A DNA stretch of 64,000 bases, from positions 372,001 through 436,000 of the forward strand of contig OZ025698.1 of NCBI GenBank assembly GCA_964019335.1. Direction: 5' to 3'. Under the pieces are notes generated by a model that was given only the letters and a program-made list of their open reading frames with translations, did not search any database and had not been told where the DNA came from. Each line of letters begins with the position of its first letter. The first letter of the stretch is position 1. Source of the DNA: Diplonema japonicum. Lineage: Eukaryota > Protista > Euglenozoa: Diplonemea. Below, one piece after another: positions 45,071-54,980 of the stretch. Both the position numbers and the translations under genes were made by a program.

Positions 45071-45863
45071 TAAAAAAAAAAAAAAAAAAAAAAAGTCAAC
45101 ACATTTTATTTGGCAGAAATCTTTTGTTTTGATTCCTGAAAAGTGAAAAATTCCCGAACGGACAAGCGCCCGGGTCATTTTTCGCGTCTGGGAATTTTTC
45201 TTGAGGGGCGGCCCCTGGAAGTTGCGAAGAAACGCCACCAACGTCACTGGATTTCAGACCAAACAAGAAGCCCAGCTGCTCTTGATAGGCTGGCGAGGTG
45301 GTGGGGGGGACTTCTTGACCCGAGGTACGGAGCCCGGGTAGTCCTTTCCCCTTGCAGGCTGGGTCTGGCCCTTGTAAATAACTGCGGAGGAAATTTTTCT
45401 CGGGCACAGGACTTGTTTCACATGAAGCGTCACTCAAGGAATAAAAAGCACATCTGGCCGCCAGCAATTCTGCACACAAAGTGGTGTAGGTACTTTTGTA
45501 CTTAGAAACCTTCAGAGGGGTTTTCCGTTGTAAAAGAGGTTCATTTGTTTGACATTTTTTTTTTTTTTTGACTGATTTTATTTTATTGTAGAAAATGCCC
45601 CCATCATCACAATGGTATTCTTTTTTTTTTTTTTTTTTTTTCTTTTCTTTTTTTTTCCTTCCTACACAAGCTTGAGTAGAACGTACCCCCCTCCCCCCCA
45701 TAGAGCACATTTCTCTTTATGTGGCAAAACAATGCGTTTAGTGGAAACAAGCATGAAGCTTCAGTTCGACCACGAAAAATACGCTTGGTCACACACATCC
45801 CACCACCCCTACCTACTTACAGAACCGATTATTCTTTTTTTTTTTCTTTCTCTTTTTTTTTTT

Positions 45864-46403
45864 AAAACCCAAATACCGGGGGAATGTGAAATTGAACGGG
45901 GGAGACCTTTGCCACGACCAATAGTCTGCAAATCTTAGGGGTACAAATCTACTTCCAGCCGAGCAGGAGGGATAACTCGAGGGTCCACAAAGCCCTGGCC
46001 GGAATAGAACGCCTCTCCTCAACTAGGCTATACCACGATCGCAAGGTACGGACCATCGCGGAGAACATCCTGCCATCCGCCTTCTACGGCATCCTATTCG
46101 ACCCAATCCCGGACTCTTGGCTGGAGAGATTGAAGAAGCGGATCACTCTTTGCGTCTGGGGTGCCCGCAACCCGATGCGCTCCTCCAGCGCCCTGCTGGG
46201 GATTTCCCATAAGGGACACACCCTGGACCCGTACTCTACAGCGATCTACAAGGCCATCTCTACTCTGGGACGACTTTGCACACGGCATTCGAACACGTCC
46301 CTTTTCATATCATGCTGGGAAGCGTACAGGAGAGCAAGGGATCAAGGCTCTCCATCATTTCCGATGGGACCATTTGCCAATGCAGACCTGTGGCTCCGAG
46401 AAT
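45864..46403 (+). mobile_element. Internal fragment of the same non-LTR retrotransposon family
   Basis: High nucleotide and protein similarity to ~26012-26550 (LQILGVQIYFQP, ENILPSAFYG, WGARNPMRS, KGHTLDPYS). Begins after a T run. Confidence 0.85.
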
Positions 46404-46462
46404 GATCATCAACACAGTGGAGATTTATTAAAAGAAGAACACACCGTAAACAAAAAAGAATA

Positions 46463-48523
46463 ATGCAGAACGTTGAGAAGTACAAGAAAGGGGTGCACCT
46501 CGGGTCAGGGGGCCAGGGGTCGGTGTACAAGGCGGTGAGGAGGATTGACGGGAAGGAGTTCGCGATGAAGGTGGTGGAGGCGGCGACGAAGGAGGAGTAC
46601 GCGAGGGACGCGAGGGAGGTGGAGAACATGCTGCAGCTGAAGCACAGGAATGTGGTCCCGTGCGTGGACTACTTTGGAACGACAGAGCTGTTGGCTCCTG
46701 GGGTGATGCAGTGGGAGCTCCACATCGTGATGCCCCTGTACACTGGAGGGGACCTGCAGAAGCTCCTGGAGAGGGAGGGACCGCTCTCTCGGGAGAAGGC
46801 AGTGAGGTTGCTGCGGGAGGTGGCTGAGGCGCTCGCCTACTTGCACGGGAAGGGTTGGATCCACAGGGACGTGAAGCCTCAGAACATCATGGTGGACGAC
46901 GGCAACAACAGCAACTCCGAGACAGGATTCGTTCTGGCTGACCTGGGACTGTCGAGGGCTGTTGTTGGTGCAAGTGGTAGCAGCAGCAGCAGCAGCATGA
47001 TCACTTCTTCTGGAGCGACCGCCAACAGCGTTGTGGGGACCCCCGCCTTCATGGCACCCGACTTTGTAGGTCCGTACACCAACAAGGTGGACATGTGGGC
47101 CCTCGGGGTGACCGTGTGCTTCGTCGTTCTGGAGGACGAGAAGCTGAGGGAACGCTTTCTGAAGTACCTGAAGATGAACCGGGACCTTGTGATGGGTGAG
47201 CTGGAAGGACGCCTCCCGAAGCTTGTGGGGGAGTCTGTGGGGACCCTGCTGCTCCGCCTCCTCTGCGAGGACCCTTTGAAACGCCCGACCGCTTCTGAGG
47301 TTCTGTCTGTGCTGACGACTCCACCTGCGATGACGACGACGACTACAACAACGATGACGATGATGGAGCTTCTGGCCTTCGCGGACTTTGGTGGTGAGGA
47401 GAGGAAGAGGCTACTCCTTGTGGCTGTGGGATCGGGTGTGGAGGAGGTTCGGGTGGCGGCCGAGGAGGCCTTTGCAAAGGACGGGCTGGAACGGGTTCAC
47501 AGGGTGGAGGTCTTCAACAGCAACTTCGATCTGTTCGTGGATGCCGACAGCAGGACTGTCTTCCATGACAAGGAACGGGTGAAGGTCTTCCCTGAGCACA
47601 CCAACAACAAGAACAACATGCACCACCACCACCACGATCCGAACCAACATCAGCATCATCCCGTTTTGGCCTTGAAGGAAGCAAGCCGGCTCACCTCAGA
47701 GGAAGAAGCGAAGAGGAAGGGTCTCGTTGTGGAGTGGGAAGAAGGCATGGAGGGGTTCTTGGGAATGATGGAAAAGATGCAGGTGGTGGTGAAGCACAAC
47801 AACAACAACATCTACCACCACCACGATCCGAACCAACATCAGCATCATCCCGTTTTGGCCTCGAAGGTAGCACGCCGGCTCACCTCAGAGGAAGAAGCGA
47901 AGAGGAAGGGTCTCGTTGTGGAGTGGGAAGAAGGCATGGAGGGGTTCTTGGGAATGATGGGAAAGATGCAGGTGGTGGTGAAGCACAACGAGCTTCAGTT
48001 GCTTGATAAGCTGAAGGAGCGTCCACCGATCTTGGTGATTGACTTCACATGGGCTTCCTTGGTTCATGTGAAGGAGAGGTACGTCCCCCTTGTGACGAGC
48101 TTTGAACACGTGGTGCTGAAGGGCGTGCGGGGCAACATCGCTGATGACTTCCTGGCGCAAGACAAAAACAAGACCACTTGTCGGCTGAGGTCACTCCGCT
48201 TTTCCCTCGACTCCCCTGTTGGTGTGTGGGGGCGATTCTTGAGGCGCTTCACAGGGCCTGGGTCCGTCACCTCCATCGGCGGAAGCTTCTTGGCTGGGTG
48301 CACATCTCTTCAGGCGGTCGACTTCGGGCTGCTTTCCAACGTCACCAGCATCGGAGAGTGGTTCTTGCAAGGGTGCACCTCCCTTACGGTGATCGATCTC
48401 AGACCGCTTTCTAGCATCACCGTCATCGGTAATTGGTTCATTTCTGGGTGCACCTCCCTTCAGAAAATCAAAGCTAACGACTACTTGCTTCTCCCCGAAA
48501 GCCTTGAAAAGTTAAGGCAATGA
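46463..48523 (+). CDS. NEK-like Ser/Thr kinase with C-terminal BspA-type leucine-rich repeats
   Basis: GSGGQG, FAMK, HRDVKPQN, DLG, GTPAFMAP; LRRs of the type VTSIGxxFLxGCTSLxxxDL. Paralog of 15225-16896. Confidence 0.85.
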   Translation: MQNVEKYKKGVHLGSGGQGSVYKAVRRIDGKEFAMKVVEAATKEEYARDAREVENMLQLKHRNVVPCVDYFGTTELLAPGVMQWELHIVMPLYTGGDLQKLLEREGPLSREKAVRLLREVAEALAYLHGKGWIHRDVKPQNIMVDDGNNSNSETGFVLADLGLSRAVVGASGSSSSSSMITSSGATANSVVGTPAFMAPDFVGPYTNKVDMWALGVTVCFVVLEDEKLRERFLKYLKMNRDLVMGELEGRLPKLVGESVGTLLLRLLCEDPLKRPTASEVLSVLTTPPAMTTTTTTTMTMMELLAFADFGGEERKRLLLVAVGSGVEEVRVAAEEAFAKDGLERVHRVEVFNSNFDLFVDADSRTVFHDKERVKVFPEHTNNKNNMHHHHHDPNQHQHHPVLALKEASRLTSEEEAKRKGLVVEWEEGMEGFLGMMEKMQVVVKHNNNNIYHHHDPNQHQHHPVLASKVARRLTSEEEAKRKGLVVEWEEGMEGFLGMMGKMQVVVKHNELQLLDKLKERPPILVIDFTWASLVHVKERYVPLVTSFEHVVLKGVRGNIADDFLAQDKNKTTCRLRSLRFSLDSPVGVWGRFLRRFTGPGSVTSIGGSFLAGCTSLQAVDFGLLSNVTSIGEWFLQGCTSLTVIDLRPLSSITVIGNWFISGCTSLQKIKANDYLLLPESLEKLRQ
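47625..47989 (+). repeat. 189-bp in-frame tandem duplication inside the kinase-LRR gene
   Basis: HHHDPNQHQHHPVLA...MQVVVKHN occurs twice; gatcc at 47636 and 47825. Confidence 0.85.
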
Positions 48524-48601
48524 AGTTAGTAGAAGCGTTTTTTTTTAAAAAAAAAAAAAGAATTTCACGTTTTAAAAAGAAAAAGAAAAGAAAAAAAAAA
48601 C

Positions 48602-48959
48602 ATGTCGTCAGCTTACCAAAAGAACACTGTGCGGGAGGTACGGATGGCGAAGAGGGCGCACAAATGGAAAGCCCACTCAATGTGGAGACGGTGCTGCGAA
48701 GTAGTTCAGTTTCCTGCACGGAAGCCTGAAGAACCAAGGTCATGGGAAGATGCGGACAGACTCCCCCAGAGGGACCATGACAGGCAGTTCACACACTGTT
48801 ACCCAAGACATGGTGCAAGGCACCATTCCAACAAAGGAATCAACAAAGCAAAGTTGGGTATTGTCCACAGCCACTACCAAGACAAAGAGCGGGCGACAGC
48901 AAGGGTGCTCCGCCACGGGTACGCTGCCTTGGAGCGAGCTGCACGATTTCCGCATGTGA
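48602..48959 (+). pseudogene. Orphan small basic protein family copy 1, with an apparent 2-nt deletion near 48933
   Basis: Homologous to 49511-49846. The ancestral end ELHDFRM* (stop at 48957-48959) is out of frame; as written the frame reads on to 49051. Confidence 0.55.
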
Positions 48960-49510
48960 AGAAAAAAAAAAAAGAAAAAAAAAAAAATGGGGCTTTGATT
49001 GCAACACTAGGTGGCGTTAAGCGTGCAATGAAGCACGAACTACCTACTTGATTACAGGGGGCGCTCCTCGGCCGAGCAGTAGCTTCTTCTGCGTTCCGCG
49101 TGCTCAACCCTAGCCGGGGCGTCCCGGGTAACCAAGATTCTGCGCTCGTGCAGTTTGCTGCCTGTTCGTCACCCTGAGCATCTGCGTTACGTTCTTCCAC
49201 TCGGGCGCTACCGGTGATGACCGACGAGGAGGTCAACAGCAAACAACACATCTGATGTACTTCTTATATTTCCATGTTATCCCCACCACCTTAAAAAAAA
49301 AAAAGAGTATTCGTATATCCAACCCCCTCCCTAGCCCATGGGGCTGTTTGGAAGGGCGGGAAGAAAATCTATCTCGTATTTTCCCACCCATCGATTCTCT
49401 CCCTCCTCCCCCCCCCTTTTTTTTTCCTTCTTTTTTTTTTTAAAGCCAACTGTAATTCTCAAAAAACAGGAAAAAAAGAAAAGAAACAAAGAAAAAAAAA
49501 AAGGGTGTTC

Positions 49511-49846
49511 ATGTCTCCAGCTAACCAAAAGAGCGCTGTGCGGGAGGTACGGATGGCGAAGAGGGCGCACAAATGGGAACACCACTCAATGTGGAGACGG
49601 TGCGAAACTATTTCACACAGAGTTCGACCAGAAGAACCAAGGTCGTGGGAAGACACAGACAGGCTCCCCAAGAGGGACCATGACAGGCAGTTCACACACT
49701 GTTACCCAAGCCGAGGAAACTTCAAGTGCAACAAAGGCTTCAATAAAGCAAAGTTAAGTGACGGGAAAGCCGCTGCTGCTAGAAGAGTGCTCAAGTCCGG
49801 GTATGCCACCTTGGACTGCGAACTTCACGACTTCCGCCTTTCTTAA
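49511..49846 (+). CDS. Orphan small basic protein family copy 2 (111 aa)
   Basis: RAHKWEHHSMWRRC, EPRSWED and LPKRDHDRQFTH are conserved in three copies. Confidence 0.7.
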   Translation: MSPANQKSAVREVRMAKRAHKWEHHSMWRRCETISHRVRPEEPRSWEDTDRLPKRDHDRQFTHCYPSRGNFKCNKGFNKAKLSDGKAAAARRVLKSGYATLDCELHDFRLS

Positions 49847-49956
49847 AAAAAAAAAAAAAAAGAAAAGCCTCCACCTCACTATCCTCTTTCGTGGAGACCT
49901 CTCTCTCTTTTCCTAAATTTTTCCTAAATATCCATTTCTATCTCGGGTTACTATTC

Positions 49957-49990
<34 letters not shown>

Positions 49991-50156
49991 CAAAAAGTCA
50001 ATAATTTTTTTTTTTTGAGGGAGGATTATTCAAACTATACATATATGGTGTACCTCTTGCCGTTCTTTCAATTTGCGATGCTTGTTCCACCATGAGGGCG
50101 GCAGGCTTTTGTAAAACAATAAAATGCTTAACATACGGCACCTAGGGTGCAATATG

Positions 50157-50192
<36 letters not shown>

Positions 50193-50193
50193 A

Positions 50194-50221
<28 letters not shown>

Positions 50222-50224
<3 letters not shown>

Positions 50225-51847
50225 CTCCGAAGTATATTCAGCATAAGCGGCCTGGCGAGCATAGCATGCATGGGGTACCTGGCGCTGATGACCACGAATA
50301 TGAGCAAGGTGATCTACCCTCTGTGGTACGTGAGCGAGGAACAGATGAAAGGCGCGATGCGGCCGTCATGGAAGCACGGTGACGAGCTGCACCTGCAAGT
50401 TACAATCGGACAGCAAATCGGATGCTCGTGCAAAAAAGACAACTGCGTGGTGGTATGGGATGCAGAGGCCAACATGGCCGGCGACATCGTCATGGAAAAA
50501 ACCGTCTGGCTCAACGAAACAACTCACAAAAACCTATGGCACTCTATACAAAACCACGATTCACCAACAACCATCCACGCCAACTTCTGCCTACGAAACA
50601 CCAAGACGGCCGCAACACAACACACTTCCACAAAACTAAACACAATGTCATCTGTTCCAAAGTACACGACCCTTCGATGGCTGCTTCAAGACATCGGTAT
50701 GGGGCACATCTCAGGGGTAACATCATGGGCTGACCCTGCAGAGGATACCCCACCTGAACCAGGCACTATAACAAGATTATGGAAATCTGACATTGCAGCC
50801 AGAATTGTATCATCCGGTGAATTGATTCCGAAGCCTCAGAACATGCTGATCCAAAGCTTGCACCCGTTTTTGAGAAAAGGGTCCGACGGGGCATACCTTC
50901 CTCCGTTTTACTCCGCGGCTCAGAATTTAAACGGGGAGGGGTACAAGATGGTGAACGGGACGGAGCTTCCTTTAAATTTGATGTTGGTATCTACGGAGCT
51001 GTCGAGATGGCTTCTTTTGAACCATTTCGACGCCACGAAAAAGCTTGCCAAGGATATGGGTATTGCCGATGATATGATGGACGAAACGCTCGATGGTTTT
51101 GCCAGCACATCCGTCCCGTTGCTCACCGTCACGTTGGTCGCTACACTTCTACACTGTTTGTTCGAATTCCTGGCGTTTAAATCCGATATTTCTTTCTGGT
51201 CCGCAAACTCTTCCCTCCGAGGGTTGTCCGTCCGTGCATTGTTCATCGATATGCTCTTCCAGCTCATTATCGTTTTGTATCTGCTAGATGAATCTGCGTC
51301 CGTCGTGATCTTAATCCCCAGTATTTTGAGCATATTCATTCAAATCTGGAAGATCCGCAAAGCCACCGGATTGACGTTCACATCGAAATTCCCTTACATC
51401 ATCCTTCAAAGGCTCGACAGTGAAGCATCTACCAAGGACGCCGTCACCTTAGCCACAATGGAAACCGATAAAAAAGTGAATTCTTACATCGTTAAAGGGC
51501 TTTTCCCTGTTGTAATTGCGTACTCTGCGTATACGTTGATCACATCGAAACACCAGTCGTGGTGGTCTTGGTTGATAGGAAGTATGGCTGCGACGACATA
51601 CTCTGCTGGGTTCCTGCTGATGACACCGCAGGTTATCATCAACTACAAGCTTAAATCGGTCGCGCACCTTCCGTGGAATCTCTTGACCTTCAGGTTCATC
51701 AACACCTTCATCGATGACCTCTTTGCGATGATCGTGAAGCTCCCCTCGATGCACAGGCTCAGTGTTTTCCGCGACGACATTATCTTTATAATATGCATCG
51801 TGCAACGCTTTTTGTACAGGGTGGACAACTCGAGAAAGGAAGACTGA
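50222..51847 (+). CDS. CLPTM1: CLPTM1/CLPTM1L family membrane protein (lipid scramblase-like)
   Basis: LHCLFEFLAFKSDISFW, GFLLMTPQVIINYKLKSVAHLPW, NTFIDDLFA, HRLSVFRDD and YRVD. The subfamily (CLPTM1 vs CLPTM1L) is not resolved. Confidence 0.9.
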
Positions 51848-51870
51848 AAGAAAACAAAATGAAATGAAAT

Positions 51871-52021
51871 TTGACCTTCAGGTTCATCAATACCCGATGA
51901 TCGTGAAGCTCCCCTCGATGCACAGGCTCAGCGTATTCCGTGACGACATTATCTTTATAATATGCATCGTGCAACGCTTTCTGTACAGGGTGGACAACTC
52001 GAGAAAGGAAGACTGAAAGAA
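51871..52021 (+). repeat. Tandem partial duplicate of the CLPTM1 3' end (~51683-51851) with a ~19-nt deletion
   Basis: Near-identical ttgaccttcaggttcatcaa...gactgaaaga; ttcatcgatgacctctttg is missing from the copy. Confidence 0.9.
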
Positions 52022-52086
52022 GATGAAATGAGTGTTTTATTTCTTAAGAGGGTTACAAAAAAAGAAGAAAAAAATAACTCTCCAGG

Positions 52087-52608
52087 ATGAGATGGAAACG
52101 ATGGTTGTACGGCTTTACAGTCGATGGAGGTGTTTTCAAAGCCCACCCGGTGTGGACAGACATAAAGCTTAGCCGCAAAGGGTTGTTCTTGCAGCCTATC
52201 GGTGTGAGGCCCCGTGCTACGGTAGAGGCATCGCGACAACAAGAGAAATCGGAGCATGTCAACACACAGACTCATAAAGCCCAGCATGTGTACACGGTGT
52301 CGAGCAGGAGAATGGTGAGAATGTGTGAGTGGGAGCAAGAAAAGATCGGGGGAGACTTCCCTGCGTGTCTTGCTCAATCCAGCACGCCTGAGCGTGAACT
52401 GTACAAGCGCACACAGCCGACGAATGCAGAGGCAGCTGATTTGCTAGCTGCAGCGAAAATGCTGGAGAAAAAGTACGATCTGAAGGAAGGAGACCTGACC
52501 CCGAGGATCATTCTACAAATTGCAGAGACCGAAGGAAGCAGAACGTTGCTGTCGGAGCAGTACTCCGCTGCGGAGGAGGGCTTGGTTGTGGATTTTGTCG
52601 TGGTTTGA
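52087..52608 (+). CDS. Hypothetical protein (173 aa)
   Basis: ORF of coding-like composition on the common strand; no recognised motif. Confidence 0.45.
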   Translation: MRWKRWLYGFTVDGGVFKAHPVWTDIKLSRKGLFLQPIGVRPRATVEASRQQEKSEHVNTQTHKAQHVYTVSSRRMVRMCEWEQEKIGGDFPACLAQSSTPERELYKRTQPTNAEAADLLAAAKMLEKKYDLKEGDLTPRIILQIAETEGSRTLLSEQYSAAEEGLVVDFVVV

Positions 52609-52685
52609 ACGGAGCGAAAAAAAAAGGGGGGGAAACCATTATACTTTTTTTTCTCCATAATTTCCGGGAAAAAAAAAAAAAAGAA

Positions 52686-52716
<31 letters not shown>

Positions 52717-52735
52717 AAAAAGGGGAGGGGGAAGA

Positions 52736-54529
52736 ATGATACACCACCTCACTGTAGTGGGTCTGCTTGTGTGCGCCACAGTGTCGCACGGAGGGGAGTG
52801 TCGGACCGCTTCGTGTTTAGCGGGAAAGACGTACGAGGAGCATGTTGAAGAGGAGCCTCCCATCGACCTCCGCCCCGCTCCTGAAATCATGCCGAAATTC
52901 GACAAAAAGGTAATGTGCCGGGTCTGGCTCAAAGACGAAACAGCAACACCACCATGGCAACCCGAGGGGCTTACAGCAGCATATTTTCAAACCCCCAGCG
53001 ATATCCGAAAATATTTCAAAGAAAACCCGACAACAGGGTGTCTCTACGCGCACATTGTTCCTGGTGGGCAGAACCTACCTGAACCACGTTGGGTCCATGC
53101 TATCATTGAAGCACTGCAAGGGAAGGTAGAGAGAGATCTCATCATACAAAATATGGGAGATCCTGAGGTGTGCAAAGGTTTTGTTGGTGCAAAGGCTTCA
53201 AACCTCATCGAGCGGGAACGGTGCAAGTTTGGAGACAATTCCAGCTATAAATGGTGTAAATGCCACTCCGGGAGACGGGCCTTGAAAACTCTACTCTGCG
53301 TCCCAGAAGACCACAAGCTTCTTTTCAACCCATCTCCTCTTCTCGACCACAAGATGACGTGCGTCTTTCGCCATACCTATAAACCTGTTCACGAACCGAA
53401 CAATGTTGTACCCAAGTTCACGCCCCGAAGGCCGTACCCTACACCGGGGAGCGAGGTTAAAACAGCTGTCCTGGCGTATGTAAACTCGCAACGGCTGTTG
53501 GAAGGAACCGCGGAAACCTTCAGAACATGGATGCCGCACTTTATCGGCCCCTTAAAAATGTCACTGTTCATATACCGGGAGAAAACACGGATCACAGAAC
53601 CAGAACTTGTGAAAGCGTTTCGGCTAACCAAAGACGCTGTGGATCCAAATGTGTACACAACAACGCTTTCTGGCACGACATACGGACGAATCTTTCTAGC
53701 AGATGTTGAAGAACAGCTCCCGGCGAGTCTGAACCAGACGCTGCTGTCTGCGATCCGACCGCGGTGTGGGTGCCCGCCGCTTTGTTCGTTCCCTACACAC
53801 CGATCGCCAGATGCTTTTATGATATCCGGTCTTCGATATGTTCAGGGAACATCTGCGTTCACGCAAGAATTGCTGACCGACCCCCGTCTGACAGAGTACG
53901 ACTTTGTGATCAAAATAGATTGGGATATCCGGTTTTTTCGAACTGTTCCGTCGGACATTATGACAGAGGTTGTCGCTGCTGGTGCTTTTGGGTTCCACAC
54001 GGGTTTTGCAAATAACGGAAACGGGTGCAGCAAGGACACGCAACGTGCGTTGGATTCGTACGCAAGAATGCAAGGGACACGAGCGAAGTCAGCCGGGGAT
54101 TGGTTTTATGAGAACGAACAGCTGACTTGGCATTCTGCGTTGTTCGGGGTTTGGACCGGTTTTGTCCTTTCCCCGGAGTACCGGGAGCTGATGGATTATT
54201 TGCGAACAAGCGAATTCGGGTATTCTTGGTTTCGATTCCGGTGGACAGACCAGTCAGTCTGGCCCAAGGTGATGGGGTACTTCCATGGTGATCTTGTTGA
54301 AGCGATGCTCGATCTCAGGAGGTTGCGGTGGAACCCAAACGCTCCGCGACCGAAGTCGGTCTTCTACCACAGGAAGAAGATGCGGACTCAGCAAGAGCTC
54401 TGCTGCGGGCCGTGCGATGAAGGAAAACCTTGCTACAAGCGGAAGAAAACGTCGCCTTATGTGTTCTGCCCGATGCCGCCTTCATCGAACATCACCGCAC
54501 GGCTGCAGCTCGACATTTGCGAACGCTAA
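52736..54529 (+). CDS. Secretory-pathway GT-A glycosyltransferase, GT15 (KRE2/KTR mannosyltransferase)-like
   Basis: N-terminal signal/anchor. LTEYDFVIKIDWD resembles YDYYWRVEPD; YRELMDYL...FRWTDQSV resembles RWGDA. Confidence 0.6.
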   Translation: MIHHLTVVGLLVCATVSHGGECRTASCLAGKTYEEHVEEEPPIDLRPAPEIMPKFDKKVMCRVWLKDETATPPWQPEGLTAAYFQTPSDIRKYFKENPTTGCLYAHIVPGGQNLPEPRWVHAIIEALQGKVERDLIIQNMGDPEVCKGFVGAKASNLIERERCKFGDNSSYKWCKCHSGRRALKTLLCVPEDHKLLFNPSPLLDHKMTCVFRHTYKPVHEPNNVVPKFTPRRPYPTPGSEVKTAVLAYVNSQRLLEGTAETFRTWMPHFIGPLKMSLFIYREKTRITEPELVKAFRLTKDAVDPNVYTTTLSGTTYGRIFLADVEEQLPASLNQTLLSAIRPRCGCPPLCSFPTHRSPDAFMISGLRYVQGTSAFTQELLTDPRLTEYDFVIKIDWDIRFFRTVPSDIMTEVVAAGAFGFHTGFANNGNGCSKDTQRALDSYARMQGTRAKSAGDWFYENEQLTWHSALFGVWTGFVLSPEYRELMDYLRTSEFGYSWFRFRWTDQSVWPKVMGYFHGDLVEAMLDLRRLRWNPNAPRPKSVFYHRKKMRTQQELCCGPCDEGKPCYKRKKTSPYVFCPMPPSSNITARLQLDICER

Positions 54530-54603
54530 GAAAAAAAAAAAAAAAAAAGAAAATTTAAGGTAAACCTATGGGGTGGGGGGGGAGGGGGAGAAGAAAAAAA
54601 AAG

Positions 54604-54819
54604 ACTGCATCGTCACCTGCACCGCAAAGCCTGCCCGTCATCCAGCCTATCCAGCCTATCGAGCCCATTGCCCCTGTTATCCAGCAGATCACAGCACCTG
54701 CATCCAACCCTCAGCTTGAAGTCAAGCTCCAGGAGAAGGACTTGCACATCAAAGAGCTGCAGGAAGCATTGGCACTTGCCAGGCAGCAACTTGAGGACCA
54801 CTGGAAGTCGAGCGTGAAG
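54604..54819 (+). pseudogene. Orphan exon-like coiled-coil fragment
   Basis: Coding-like PIQPIQPIEPIAP...LEVKLQEKDLHIKELQEAL, flanked by intron-like GT..AG (54560-54603) and a GT at 54820. No upstream start exon is visible. Confidence 0.35.
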
Positions 54820-54980
54820 GTATTACTGAATGTATTACAGAAAAAAAAGAACAATTTTTTTTTTTATTATTTATAAAAGTCGTGTTTTTGTTTCCCCCCT
54901 ATTTTCATAACGTGAAGAAATGCAAAAAACCAAAAAAAAAAGGAGGGAGGGGGAAGGGGGAAAAAAAAAAAGAGAGAAAG

